From positions 2,108,001-2,172,000 of the forward strand of contig OZ251225.1 in NCBI GenBank assembly GCA_965240325.2: DNA of 64,000 nucleotides, read 5' to 3'. Below, one piece after another: positions 11,646 to 22,800 of this stretch; positions within the stretch are counted from its first letter, which is position 1, and every line of letters starts with the position of its first letter. The DNA comes from Rebecca billardiae RCC1528 (Eukaryota; Protista; Haptophyta). The notes under the pieces are model-generated. The model did no database searches, was not told the DNA's origin, and saw nothing but the letters and a program-made list of their open reading frames with translations. Position numbers and translations under genes: made by a program.

Positions 11646-12175
11646 CAGTATACTAGTCCATCAGTCTAGTCCTGGCATCTCAGGCGGCGCAGCCTTCCTG
11701 AATCATCCCCGTCATCCCGCCAGCCGCCCGGGCCGGCCTGGAAGTTCCGGAGGCCGAGTGCTACGCGAGCAGCGCGACCACCGCGTCGGGCCAGGGCTCG
11801 AGCAGGAAGTCCACGTCGAGATGCACCGTGTCGTACCCGTGCTTCTGCGCCATCGCGCACGCCTCCTGGATGGGCAGCTGCTTGCCGAGCGTGCCGACGT
11901 GCGGCTGGCAGGTCCCAGTCAGAGTCGGTGCCACGGTGGGAAGGTCTTGAGCAGCGAGGTGGGCGAGCCCCTGCCGGCCGTGAGTGGAGGGGCGCCTGTC
12001 GACATGAGCGGAACAGGGGCGTGAAGTCGAGCGCGCTGAAGAACCACGGCCGGTGGCGTCGGCCGTGGCCGGTGCCGTCTCGGAATCGGCTGCCCGATGC
12101 CGGCGCTCGCTCTCAAACGAAAGCTGGCCGTGATGGCCGCCGGGAGAGCACCACGATGAGCCACGCTTCACGGCT

Positions 12176-13543
12176 TCATCGGCCTGCAGCGTCGCGAGCA
12201 GGGACCCTCCTGGCCATCACCACAGGTATGTCCTGTGGTTGCTGCCATCGTGCTGCCCCCACCGCCATCGATGATGATGGTCGTCCTGGCGCAGCGGTAG
12301 TGTTGATGGTTGCCGGTAGTCCCTGGTCGCAGTTGCCAGGGGCAGCCCGGATTGCGTCAGCTGCATTGCCACGCTGATGCCGCTCGTCCAGGGCAAGGGC
12401 ACCATCCTCGACCACCCCGTCGTCAACCGAGTGGATCGTGCCATCTGGCAAGCGCCAGCGGACGATGGTGACTGCGACCAGCGGCGGCAATGCGGGCAGC
12501 TGCGGCGCGGCGTCCGAAACAGCCGCAATGCTGCCGGCGTGTTTGCGCCGTCGCTTCGCGGCGCGCGTGCCCTGGTCGCCAGTGCCATGCTCCAGCCTGC
12601 GCTTGGGGACGGCGAGCCGACTGAACACCATGCCGGCAAGCTTGTGCGTAGCGCACCGGCTGGCGCGCGCGTCGCCGGGCAAGCCAAAGTAAGGCCGCGT
12701 GGTGCAGCCTGCGTGACCGCACGTGGGGTGCTTCGCGTCGACCATGCCGGCCAGCGTGTGCGCAGCGCACCGGCTGGCGCGCGCGTCACCCGGCATGCCG
12801 AAGTAAGGCCGCGTGGTGCAGCCCGCGTGACCACACTTGCGGCTGCTCACGTCGACCATGCCGGCCAGCTTGTGCGCAGCGCAGCGGCTGGCGCGCGCGT
12901 CGCCCGGCATGCCAAAGCAAGGCCGCGTGGTGCAGCCCGCGTGACCACACTTGCGGCTGCTCACGTCGACCATGCCGGCCAGCTTGTGCGCAGCGCAGCG
13001 GCTGGCGCGCGCGTCACCCGGCATGCCGAAGTAAGGCCGCGTGGTGCAGCCCGCGTGACCACACTTGGGGTGCTTCACGTCGACCATGCCCGCCAGCTTG
13101 TGCGTAGCGCACCGGCTGGCGCGCGCGTCGCCCGGCATGCCGAAGTAAGGCTGCTTGGTGCAGCCCGCGTGACCGCACGTGGGGTTCTTCACGTCGACCA
13201 TGCCGGCCAGCTTGTGCGTAGCGCACCGACTGGCGCGCGCGTCGCCCGGCATGCCGAACGAAGGCAGCTTGGTGCAGCCCGCGTGATCACACTTGGGGTG
13301 CTGCACGTCGACCATGCCGGCCAGCTTGTGCGCAGCGCACCGGCTGGCGCGCGCGTCGCCCGGCATGCCGAAGTTAGGCCGCGTGGTGCAGCCGACGTGA
13401 CCACACTTGGGGCTCCTCACGTCGACCATGCCGGCCAGCTTGTGCGTAGCGCACCGGCTGGCGCGCGCGTCGCCCGGCATGCCGAAGATAGGCCACGTGG
13501 TGCAGCCGGCGTGATCACACGTGGGGTGCTTCACGTCGACCAT
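12176..13543 (-). CDS. EsV-1-7-type cysteine-rich repeat protein, copy 2 (8 repeats)
   Basis: Same scaffold as copy 1; 1368 nt from first MVDV ATG to stop, no frameshift. Tail has PKRR and AKRRRK. Confidence 0.8.
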   Translation of the reverse strand: MVDVKHPTCDHAGCTTWPIFGMPGDARASRCATHKLAGMVDVRSPKCGHVGCTTRPNFGMPGDARASRCAAHKLAGMVDVQHPKCDHAGCTKLPSFGMPGDARASRCATHKLAGMVDVKNPTCGHAGCTKQPYFGMPGDARASRCATHKLAGMVDVKHPKCGHAGCTTRPYFGMPGDARASRCAAHKLAGMVDVSSRKCGHAGCTTRPCFGMPGDARASRCAAHKLAGMVDVSSRKCGHAGCTTRPYFGMPGDARASRCAAHTLAGMVDAKHPTCGHAGCTTRPYFGLPGDARASRCATHKLAGMVFSRLAVPKRRLEHGTGDQGTRAAKRRRKHAGSIAAVSDAAPQLPALPPLVAVTIVRWRLPDGTIHSVDDGVVEDGALALDERHQRGNAADAIRAAPGNCDQGLPATINTTAAPGRPSSSMAVGAARWQQPQDIPVVMARRVPARDAAGR

Positions 13544-13714
13544 GCCGGCCAGCTTGTGCGCAGCGCACCGGCTGGCGTTGTGCGTCGCCGAGTCAAGGGT
13601 GTCCAGGGTCTGCAACTCGCACTGCGCAGCGCGGCAAGCTCGGCAGCTTGCCAGCTCGCCGGCGGCCAGCCAGGATGGCTGCCGTCCTGCAACAATGACG
13701 GTGATGATGGAGCG

Positions 13715-14610
13715 ATGACGGGCCACGGGGCGCGACGACGAGGCTGCAGCCGTGGAGTACGCGTGCGGCGACGGCGGGCTCTTTCCGCGCGAGTGTGCGG
13801 AGGGCGTTGCTGAGTTTGCGCGCAAGCTCGAGGGCGTGCGCGCCGCTCGTGAGCGTGCCAGCGCAGCCGCAGCGACGGCCGCGCCGGGGCCGGGGCCGGC
13901 GGCGCGTCCGGCCGCGCCGGCGCCGGCCGCGCCGGCGCGCGCGGGCACCGGCCCCGGTCCCGCCAGCGCGAGCATCGCCGAGCGAGTCGCCGCGCTCGGC
14001 TTCCCGCGACGTACGCGCCGCGCTACCGCGTCAACTTTGCGCTCGCGCCCGAGCCGAAGCGGCCGGCGGTCGCGCGGTCTGAGCGAGGCGGCGGCTGCGG
14101 CCGCGCGCGAGACGGCGCTGCTGTACGAGGACTTTGCGCAGCGCGCGGGCCTGGAGTCGCTGCGCGCGCTGCGCGCCTCGCGCCTCGCCCTGCCCGTCTC
14201 CGCCGCCGAGCCCGCCATCCTCTCCGCGGTGCGCGACCACCGAATGGTTCTCGTGCAGGCGGAGACTGGCTCTGGGAAATCGACGCAGGTGCCGCAGATG
14301 CTGCTGCGGGCGGGGTACCGCCACGTGGTGGTGACGCAGCCGCGCCGGCTCGCGGCGATGTCGCTCGCGCGGCGCGTCGGCGCCGAGGCCCTCCGCGAGC
14401 CGCGCGGCTCCGTCGGCCACGCCGTCCGCTTCGACTCGACCGCCGGGCCGCGCGCCGCCCTGTGCTTCGTCACTGAGGGGATCCTCCTGCGCGAGGCGGT
14501 GGCGGACCCGGCGCTGCGGCGGCACGAGGTGGTGGTGCTCGACAAGGTGCACGAGCGGCACGTCGCGACTGACCTGCTCCTCGCCGTCTGCCGCCAGATG
14601 CTCGCCCACG
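13715..14610 (+). pseudogene. DHX34-like helicase 5' fragment, copy 2
   Basis: AETGSGKSTQVPQ, TQPRRLAAMSLARRV and DKVHER. 7-nt insertion just after the ATG; truncated after motif II. Confidence 0.8.
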
Positions 14611-15398
14611 CCGGCGGGTGCAGCCGTGCTGCGACTGCAGTAGCCTACTGCAGCACGATGCGAATGGCCCCTGACCGACGATCGTCAACACGACGATGGT
14701 TACCAGTGGGCATCACTGAGACTCTGCTGCTGCCATCATCACGTTCGTCTGCTGCGTCGAAGCAAATGATATGCGCGCGCATGATCGATGCAGCACTATA
14801 GCTACTACTATATACCGTTATATATGTGGCGTTATAGGGAACCTATAACTGGATGAGTGTCTATGAGCGACGCCAAGAATCCGGCTCGCACGGCATTCCT
14901 GCGTTGTCCTGTGCGCACCGCCGCGCGCAGGAGTCCTGGTGCGCTGCCAATCTGGCCCACAGCGGCGCACCTGCAGGACTCGGTTGGTTACCGCTCACAT
15001 CGGATCGATCAGGCTTCGCTCTCGGGGGCGCCATGGGGCTGCTCACGACGAAGGCGCCGAGCTGGGCAAGGGAATCGCCTGCATCGAGCACTGCCGGGTG
15101 CACTCTCCGCTGCAGGAGGTGCACCGCAGTCGCGCAGCCCCTCTGCTCGGTAAGGTCGCTGGCTGTCTGTGTGGCCCGGCTCCCCGCCTGATCGTTCGGC
15201 GGCGCGACGACATCATCTACTGTCTTCGCCGCGTCGCCCCTCATCATGCGCAATATGGTCTCCTGCTCTCGCCGCTGTCGCGTCAACCCGCACGCTTCAT
15301 CGTTTGCCCCGCCCGCCCACCCTCGGCCTCTGGCGGATATGGAAGCACTGCAGTGTCAGCGAGCCATCAGCCTTAATCGACCTTGCTCAGTGACTGAC

Positions 15399-15558
15399 GA
15401 CTCGCGGGCGCCCTCTCGACCTCGGGCAGCAGCTCAACCGCCACGCCGCTGCCAGCGCCCGCTGTCGTTCGTTGCTCAGACTCGCGGGCGCCCTCTCGAC
15501 CTCGGGCAGCAGCTCAACCGCCACGCCGCTGCCAGCGCCCGCTGTCGTTCGTTGCTCA
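15399..15558. repeat. Perfect 80-bp tandem duplication
   Basis: GACTCGCGGGCGCCCTCTCG...CGTTGCTCA at 15399-15478 and 15479-15558. Confidence 0.9.
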
Positions 15559-15849
15559 AATCCCAACATAGCTAACCTGATCGTTCCATGATTGATCATT
15601 GTGGTCTGTCTACTCCACGACGCCGCGCGCCGCGACCATCCAGCTCCAGAGTCCATTCGTACCCGACGCCTTGTCGACGACTGTCACATTCGTGCTCACT
15701 CAGGACTGATGACATATGTCCGAGTACCACGTCAACGGTCAAGTATGAAGTATCCCACCAGACCCACCACGCTACCAGTCCTGGCAGCTGTCAGCAGCTG
15801 TGGCAGCAGGCTGCAGCCTTCATCCCGCCAGCCGCCCGGGCCGGCCTGG

Positions 15850-16005
15850 AAGTTCCGGAGGCCGTGCTGCGCGAGCAGCGCGACCACCGCGTCGGGCCAG
15901 GGCTCGAGCAGGAAGTCCACGTCGAGATGCACCGCGTCGTACCCGTGCTTCTGCGCCAGCGTGCACGCCTCCTGGATGGGCAGCTGCTTGCCAAGCGTGC
16001 CGACG
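15850..16005 (-). pseudogene. Possible N-terminal fragment of a xylose-isomerase-like TIM-barrel (sugar-phosphate isomerase/epimerase) gene; also at ~11745-11900 and ~18925-19090
   Basis: GTLGKQLPIQEACTLAQKHGYDAVHLDVD...AVVALLAQHGLR resembles the family N-terminal pattern LPxEEAxxLAxxxGFDxVEL...LLAxHGL. Similarity stops abruptly. Confidence 0.4.
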
Positions 16006-16279
16006 TGCGGCTGGCAGGTCCCAGTCAGAGTCGGTGCCACGGTGGGAAGGTCTTGAGCAGCGAGGTGGGCGAGCCCCTGCCCGCAGTGAGTGGAGGGGCG
16101 CCGGTCGACATGAGCGGAACAGGGGCGTGAAGTCGAGCGCGCTGAAGAACCACTGCCGGTGGCGTCGGCCGTGGCCGGTGCCGTCTCGGAATCGGCGGCC
16201 CGATGCCGGCGCTCGCTCAAACGCAAGCTGGCAGTGATGGCCGCCGGGAGAGCACCACGATGAGCCACGCTTCACGGCT

Positions 16280-17647
16280 TCATCGGCCTGCAGTGTCGCG
16301 AGCAGGGACCCTCCTGGCCATCACCACAGGTATGTCCTGCGGTTGCTGCCGCCGTGCTGCCCCCGCCGCCATCGATGATGATGGTCGTCCTGGCTCAGCG
16401 GTAGTGTTGATGGTTGCCGGTAGTCCCTGGTCGCAGTTGCCAGGGGCAGCCCGGATTGCGTCAGCTGCATTGCCACGCTGATGCCGCTCGTCCAGGGCAA
16501 GGGCACCATCCTCGACCACCCCGTCGTCAACGGAGTGGATCGTGCCATCTGACGAGCGCCAGCGGACGATGCTGACTGCGACGAGCGGCGGCGGTGCGGG
16601 CAGCTGCGGCGCGGCGTCCGAAACAGCCGCAATGCAGCTGGTGTGTTTGTGCCTTCGCTTCGCTGCGCACGTGTCCTGGTCGCCGGTGCCATGCTCCAGC
16701 CTGCGCTTGGGGACGGCGAGCCGACTGAACACCATGCCGGCCAGCTTGTGCGTAGCGCATCGGCTGGCGCGCGCGCCACCCAGCATGCCGAAGTTAGGCT
16801 GCTCGGTGCAGCCTGCGTGATCACACTTGGGGTTCTTCACGTCGACCATGCCGGCCAGCTTGTGCGTAGCGCACCGACTGGCGCGCGCGTCACCCAGCAT
16901 GCCGAAGTGAGGCCGCGTGGTGCAGCCCGCGTGACCACACCTGGGGTGCTTCACGTCGACCATGCCGGCCAGCTTGTGCGTAGCGCACCGGCTGGCGCGC
17001 GCGTCACCCGGCATGCCAAAGTTAGGCTGCGTGGTGCAGCCCGCGTGATCACACTTGGGGTGCTTCACGTCGACCATGCCGGCCAGCTTGTGCGTAGCGC
17101 ACCGGCTGGCGCGCGCGTCACCCGGCATGCCAAAGTTAGGCTGCGTGGTGCAGCCCGCGTGATCACACTTGGGGTGCTTCACGTCGACCATGCCGGCCAG
17201 CTTGTGCGTAGCGCACCGACTGGCGCGCGCGTCACCCAGCATGCCGAAGTGAGGCCGCGTGGTGCAGCCCGCGTGACCGCACTTGGGGCTCCTCACGTCG
17301 ATCATGCCGGCCAGCTTGTGCGTAGCGCACCGACTGGCGCGCGCGTCGCCCGGCATGCCAAAGTGAGGGTGCTTGGTGCAGCCGGCGTGACCACACTTGG
17401 GGCTCTTCACATCGACCATGCCGGCCAGCTTGTGCGCAGCGCACCGGCTGGCGCGCGCGTCGCCCGGCATGCCGAACGAAGGCTCCTTGGTGCAGCCCGC
17501 GTGATCACACTTGGGGTGCTTCACGTCGACCATGCCGGCCAGCTTGTGCGCAGCGCACCGGCTGGCGCGCGCGTCGCCCGGCATGCCGAACGAAGGCCAC
17601 GTGGTGCAGCTAGCGTGACCACACTTGCAGCTGCTCTCGTCGCCCAT
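16280..17647 (-). CDS. EsV-1-7-type cysteine-rich repeat protein, copy 3 (8 repeats)
   Basis: Same scaffold; 1368 nt from first ATG to stop, intact frame. Tail has PKRR and AKRRHK. Confidence 0.8.
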   Translation of the reverse strand: MGDESSCKCGHASCTTWPSFGMPGDARASRCAAHKLAGMVDVKHPKCDHAGCTKEPSFGMPGDARASRCAAHKLAGMVDVKSPKCGHAGCTKHPHFGMPGDARASRCATHKLAGMIDVRSPKCGHAGCTTRPHFGMLGDARASRCATHKLAGMVDVKHPKCDHAGCTTQPNFGMPGDARASRCATHKLAGMVDVKHPKCDHAGCTTQPNFGMPGDARASRCATHKLAGMVDVKHPRCGHAGCTTRPHFGMLGDARASRCATHKLAGMVDVKNPKCDHAGCTEQPNFGMLGGARASRCATHKLAGMVFSRLAVPKRRLEHGTGDQDTCAAKRRHKHTSCIAAVSDAAPQLPAPPPLVAVSIVRWRSSDGTIHSVDDGVVEDGALALDERHQRGNAADAIRAAPGNCDQGLPATINTTAEPGRPSSSMAAGAARRQQPQDIPVVMARRVPARDTAGR

Positions 17648-17819
17648 GCCGGCCAGCTTGTGCGCAGCGCACCGGCTGGCGTTGTGCGTCGCCGAGCCAA
17701 GGGTGTCCAGGGTCCGCAACTCGCACTGCGCAGCGCGGCAAAGCTCATCGAGCTTGCCAGCTTGGCCCGGCGGCCAGCCAGGATGGCTGCCGTCCCGCAA
17801 CAATGACGGTGATGGAGCG

Positions 17820-18560
17820 ATGACGGGGCGCGACGACGAGGCTGCAGCCGTGGAGTACGTGTGCGGCGACGGCGGGCTCTTTCCGCGCGAGTGTGCGGAG
17901 GACTTTGCCGAGTTTGCGCCCAAGCTCGAGGGCGTGCGCGCCGCTCGTGAGCGTGCCAGCGCAGCCGCAGCGACGGCCGCGCCGGGGCCGGGGCCGACGG
18001 CGCGTCCGGCCGCGCCGGCGCCGGCCGCGCCGGCGCGCGCGGGCACCGGCCCCGGTCCCGCCAGCGCGAGCATCGCCGAGCGAGTCGCCGCGCTCGGCTT
18101 CCCGCGACGTACGCGCCGCGCTACCGCGTCAACTTTGCGCTCGCACCCGAGCCGAAGCGGCCGGCGGCCGCGCGGTCTGAGCGAGGCGGCGGCCGCGGCC
18201 GCGCGCGAGACGGCGCTGCTGTACGACGACTTTGCGCAGCGCGCGGGCCTGGAGTCGCTGCGCGCGCTGCGCGCCTCGCGCCTCGCCCTGCCCGTCTCCG
18301 CCGCCGAGCCCGCCATCCTCTCCGCGGTGCTCGACCACCGAATGGTTCTCGTGCAGGCGGAGACTGGCTCTGGGAAATCGACGCAGGTGCCGCAGATGCT
18401 GCTGCGGGCGGGGTACCGCCACGTGGTGGTGACGCAGCCGCGCCGGCTCGCGGCGATGTCGCTCGCGCGGCGCGTCGGCGCCGAGGCCCTCCGCGAGCCG
18501 CGCGGCTCCGTCGGCCACGCCGTCCGCTTCGACTCGACCGCCAGGCCGCGCGCCGCCCTG
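17820..18560 (+). pseudogene. DHX34-like helicase 5' fragment, copy 3 (truncated before motif II)
   Basis: AETGSGKSTQVPQ and TQPRRLAA; ends ALWPCPP* after an internal deletion relative to copies 1 and 2. Confidence 0.8.
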
Positions 18561-19097
18561 TGGCCCTGTCCGCCCTGAGCAGCAACGATCGTCAACACGA
18601 TGGTCAACGGGCATCACGGCTCTGCTGCCATCATCACGTACTGCTACTGCATCTAAGCAGACGATGATATGCGCGCGCATGCTGATGCTGCACGCGCACG
18701 CGCAAAAGTCATGCTACGCCGACACCATTAGCTTTTACGAGTCGTGCATGTTGCCATGTACCTGGTAGCCTGACCGACGACCGGACTATGGATTCGTGCT
18801 CAGCAGGTCGTAGTTAGTGATACCCGATATCATTCCCGCACGGCCAGTAGTCTGCTACTGCTGGCACAACTAGTCCCAGTGGCAGGCCGCAGCCCCGTCC
18901 CGCCACGGCCGCCCGGGCCGGCCTGGAAGCTCCGGAGGCCGTGCTGCGCGAGCAGCCCGACCTCCGCGTCGGGCCAGGGCTCGAGCAGGATCAGCAGTAA
19001 GTCCACGTCGAGATGCACCGCGTCGTACCCGTGCCTCTGCGCCATCGCGCACGCCTCCGGGAAGGGCAGCTGCTTGCCGAGCGTGCCCGGACGTGCA

Positions 19098-19807
19098 CGG
19101 GCGCACGGCGCGAGCTCCTCAGGGGGCGCGCGCGGCTGGGCACGTGCTTGAGAGTACGCGTCGCTCTTCTACGCCGCGCAACTTGCTCGCCACCGCTTTC
19201 GCCGCGCCTTCGGCCAGCGCGCACATGTGCGCCGCCTCCAGAGCCAGCCTTGGGCCCGCGACAGCTGCCCGCGCATGTGTGGTGCGCGGTCTGGTGGGCG
19301 CAAGTCGGTCGGGGCCCTCGGGCGAGGTTTGAATGCTCAAGCCGCGCGTCATGCCACCTCGCGTCGCCGCGTACGGGTTGTCATGGGTCGACACGAAGCA
19401 CCCAGTGCGACCACCTTCCACGCGCATGTGCGCTCACTGCCGCGTGTTCAAGCTTATTTCTCCTTGCCACGCGTTCCTCTCCTTCGACAGCTGCACGGGA
19501 TGCGAACGGGCCCGCGCGCGGCGGCGCGAGGCGACATGACGCGCGGCTTGAGCATACAAACCTCGCCCGAGGGCCCCGACGGAATCGCGCCGACCAGACC
19601 GCGCGCCACACATGCGCGGGCAGCCGCCGCGGGCCCAAGGCTGGCTCTGGAGGCGGCGCACATGTGCGCGCTGGCCGAAGGCGCGGCGAAAGCGGCGGCG
19701 AGCAAGGTGCGCGGCATAGGAGGGCGACACGCACTCTCTGGTACCTGCCCAGCCGCGCACGCCGCCGGCGCCTACACGACCGCAGGAGCTCGCGCCGTGC
19801 GCGGCCC
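19098..19807. repeat. Imperfect long inverted repeat (arms ~19098-19377 and ~19511-19807, ~130-bp spacer) immediately upstream of the polycystin gene
   Basis: For example GCCAGCGCGCACATGTGCGCCGCCTCCAGAGCCAGCCTTGGGCCCGCG appears with its reverse complement, and the ORF track shows matching peptides on opposite strands. Confidence 0.85.
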
Positions 19808-19885
19808 ACTCGCTCGCCGGTCGCTGGAAAGCGAGGGCTGCGAGGCCGCCGTTTGATGGTTTTGTTGGCGGCCCAGATCGGGGCG

Positions 19886-22800
19886 ATGGCGTCGCCGATA
19901 ATGACCCCGGCGCCTGCACCAGCTTGCCGCTCCAGCTTGCCGGGGGGAAGCACGGCAGAAAGCGGTGGCGGCTCGCCAGGGCGCCGCCATTCGAGCATTA
20001 GTCGTCTGTTCAAGAAGCAGCGGACGTTGAACGCGATGGGCTCACCGCTCATGCCGACTGCGGCGCCAAGCGGGCAGGGACGCGGCTTCATCGAGCGCAA
20101 CTTCTCCTTCGCGCAGACCAAGCTGTCGGTGTCACAGTGGCGTGCAGCGGCCGCCATCTCGCGCGCGCTGTACAAGCTGAAGGGCGTCCGCCACCGTCGA
20201 GAGCGACTGGAGCCAGCCGCCAGCAGAGTGCTGCCTGTGCGTTTCGCCATCCAGCTCGTGCACTCGCAGCGGCGCCGCCTCTTCTTCAGCGAGCTCACGC
20301 TCTTCGCGGTCTTCGTCGTCTCGCTGCTGGTGCTGCTGCTGCTGCACAGCGCGCGCATCCACGAGGACTGGGAGCGCGCCGAGCTGCTCTCAGGCAAGCT
20401 CGGGCTCAGCACGACCAACCCGCTGCTGCCGTTCAACTCGATCAAGGACTCCAACGCGATGTGGGACTGGGTGCAGCACGCGTTTGTGCCGTCCGTCTTC
20501 GACCTGCCCCGGCGCGCGGGCGAGCTGGGCGAGCTCCAGGTGCGCCTGCTGCGCGCGCTGCCCAGTGCCGCGGAGGACGTCTCGCTGGGCATGTACACGT
20601 GGGACACGCGCGACTACGTCGACGGCTGGAGCGTGCCCGCGACGGGCGGCTCGGCCACGAGCGCGTGCGACGCGCCGGGCGAGGACGGCCGACCGCGCTG
20701 GGTGGGCGGGACGGGGTGCTTCCAGTATCGCGACGACGAGTTCGCCTTCCTGCGCAACTCGTGGCTCAAGCCGTGGGGGTACGACGACTACGGGTACGGC
20801 GGGTACAAGAAGCTCATCCCCACCTCGAACGCGAGCTGTGCGGATGCGGTCGTGCGGGCGCTCGCAGCGCACGGCTATGTGGACGACCACGCGGTCGCCG
20901 TCTCGTTCGGGCTGAACGTGCACTCGTCGCGCGCGAACCAGCTGACGACCGTGCGCGTGCTCTTCGAGTTCGGGCAGTCCGGCAACGTCGCCAACTCCGC
21001 GCTCGTCTCCTCCGTCAAGGCGCGGATGTACTCGCTCGGCTCGGCGCATGACATGCTGCTCCTCGCGCTGGACGTCCTCGTGTATGCACTGATCTGCTAC
21101 TACACGGCCGTGATGGTGGGCGAATGGGCGCACCTGGGCCGGCTGTGGTTCTACGACGCGTTCAACCTGTGCGAGCTGGCGATCTCGGTCACCTCCATCT
21201 TCATCCTCGTGTACTACGTCCGCTTCCTGCGCGAGCACAAGCGCGCCACCGTCGCGGACACGTGGCGCACCACCGATATCTCCGCGCTGCCGTTCACGTA
21301 CGATTCTCTCTTCTCGACGATGGCGGTCACGCTCATGCTGTGCATCCTCAAGTGCTTCAAGTACCTCAAGCTGGAGCCGTCGATGATGCGCGTGTTCGAC
21401 CTGGTGTACGAGGCCGCCGCCGACCTCACCTCCTTCCTGCTGCTCTTCGGGCTGCTCGTCGTCGCCTTCGCCATGGTCGGCCACTTCAGCTTTGGGCGGT
21501 CGGTCGGCGCGTTCCACTCGCCCGGCGAGTCCATCATCACTTGCATGCGCTTCACGATCGGCGACGTGGACTACGACTCGATCAAGCAGGCCAACCCGAC
21601 GCTCGCGCCCATCTTCGTGCTCACCTGGGCGCTCGTGAGCGTGCTCGTGCTCGTGAACGTCTTCATCGCGATCCTGAACGAGTACTACATGGAGGTGAAG
21701 CAGCGCGACAAGAATGAGGTCAAGCACCGCGCTGACTCGACGACGTCAGCACTCCTCGGCTCTAAGGGTGCGGCGGGGCGCATGCTGCGCGCGCCCGTCT
21801 CGTCGGTGGTCGGCGACCGCGTGTGGTCCGTCATCGTGCGGCTGGCCGTGCTCAAGCTGCGTGTCCACCCGCGGCAGGACCCGGTGAGCGTGGCGGAGCA
21901 GGACACCGTGCTCGTCCTCAACCAGTTTGGCGAGCCTGCGGGGCTGCACCGCGCGAACCGTGACGTGCTCACGCGGCGCTCGGCAGACGGGCGGATCGTG
22001 CGCGTGCAGCTCAAGCGTGTCGTCGTGTCGCACAACATCACGCGGTGGGTCAAGGAGGCGGACGAGCTGCGCGTGAGCGGTGCGCGCCGGCGCGTACCCC
22101 GCGCCCTCGCGCGCACCTCGCGCGCCCGCGTGCCGCGTGCCGACGCCCTGCGCTCCTGCCCGCGGCGCGTCCGCAGGCACGCCCGCCGTGCTCCGCGTGG
22201 ACGCAGTGCACCCGTACGGATGCGTGTGCACGGCAACGTTCCCCGGGGCGGCGGCTGGCGCGGAGCGCACCTCGCACGCGCGCCTGTCGCCCGAGGGCAG
22301 CGTGGCCACGCTGCGCTCCGGCATGAACATCGAGCTGCGGCAGTTCCAATCGCGGCGCGAGGACCGCATCCTGATAGGCCTGCTTGCGCTCATCCGCTGG
22401 CGGCTCATCGAGCTCGACCGCGCCGGACAGCAGGTGGTGACGACGACGCAGCTGCTCGACATGGTCACCGTCGCGATGGTGGGCCGCCGCCTGCGCACGC
22501 TGTACATCGCCGAGTCTGTCCTCAGGCAGCACATCTCCGAGCAAGGCGAGAAGCGCGAGGCCAAGCGGCTGATGGCGCTGCGCGCCGAGCGCGACGAGAC
22601 GACCGAACTCGATCGACTCTACTGCCGCGAGCTCGTGTTCGAGCAGGTGGTCGAGATCATGCTGCGGTACGGCATCGAGGACCGCGCGCACAAGTACATG
22701 CAGAGCCGCGCGGGCTCCATCTCGCGGCCGCCCTTCGCGCCGCCGCCGCTGCTCGGCAAGTCGGCGTCTTCGCGGCAGCTCCGCCGCATGTCCTCGATGG

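Larger units (their letters stand above)
8156..18710. repeat. Tandem segmental triplication of a ~3 kb unit (approx. 8156-11190, 11688-14790, 15813-18710) with unique spacers; partial fourth copy at ~18888-19090
   Basis: Highly similar sequence and the same gene order in each copy (EsV-1-7 ORF plus DHX34-like fragment). Shared right end near ATGCGCGCGCAT. Confidence 0.95.

Noticed and set aside
13544-14545. Long N-terminal extensions of EsV-1-7 ORFs 2 and 3 in the ORF track
   Set aside because: They are antisense to the DHX34 fragment, differ in frame between copies and are absent from copy 1.
14853-15393. Overlapping short ORFs in the spacer between cassette copies 2 and 3
   Set aside because: No frame stands out and no family is recognised.
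1-17647. Identical 114-bp period in the Ser/Pro array and the EsV-1-7 arrays
   Set aside because: No sequence similarity between the units; most likely coincidence.
19013-19855. N-terminal ~280 aa of the 1344-aa ORF
   Set aside because: Runs through the inverted repeat and has Arg-rich non-coding-like composition; the real start is more likely 19856 or 19886.
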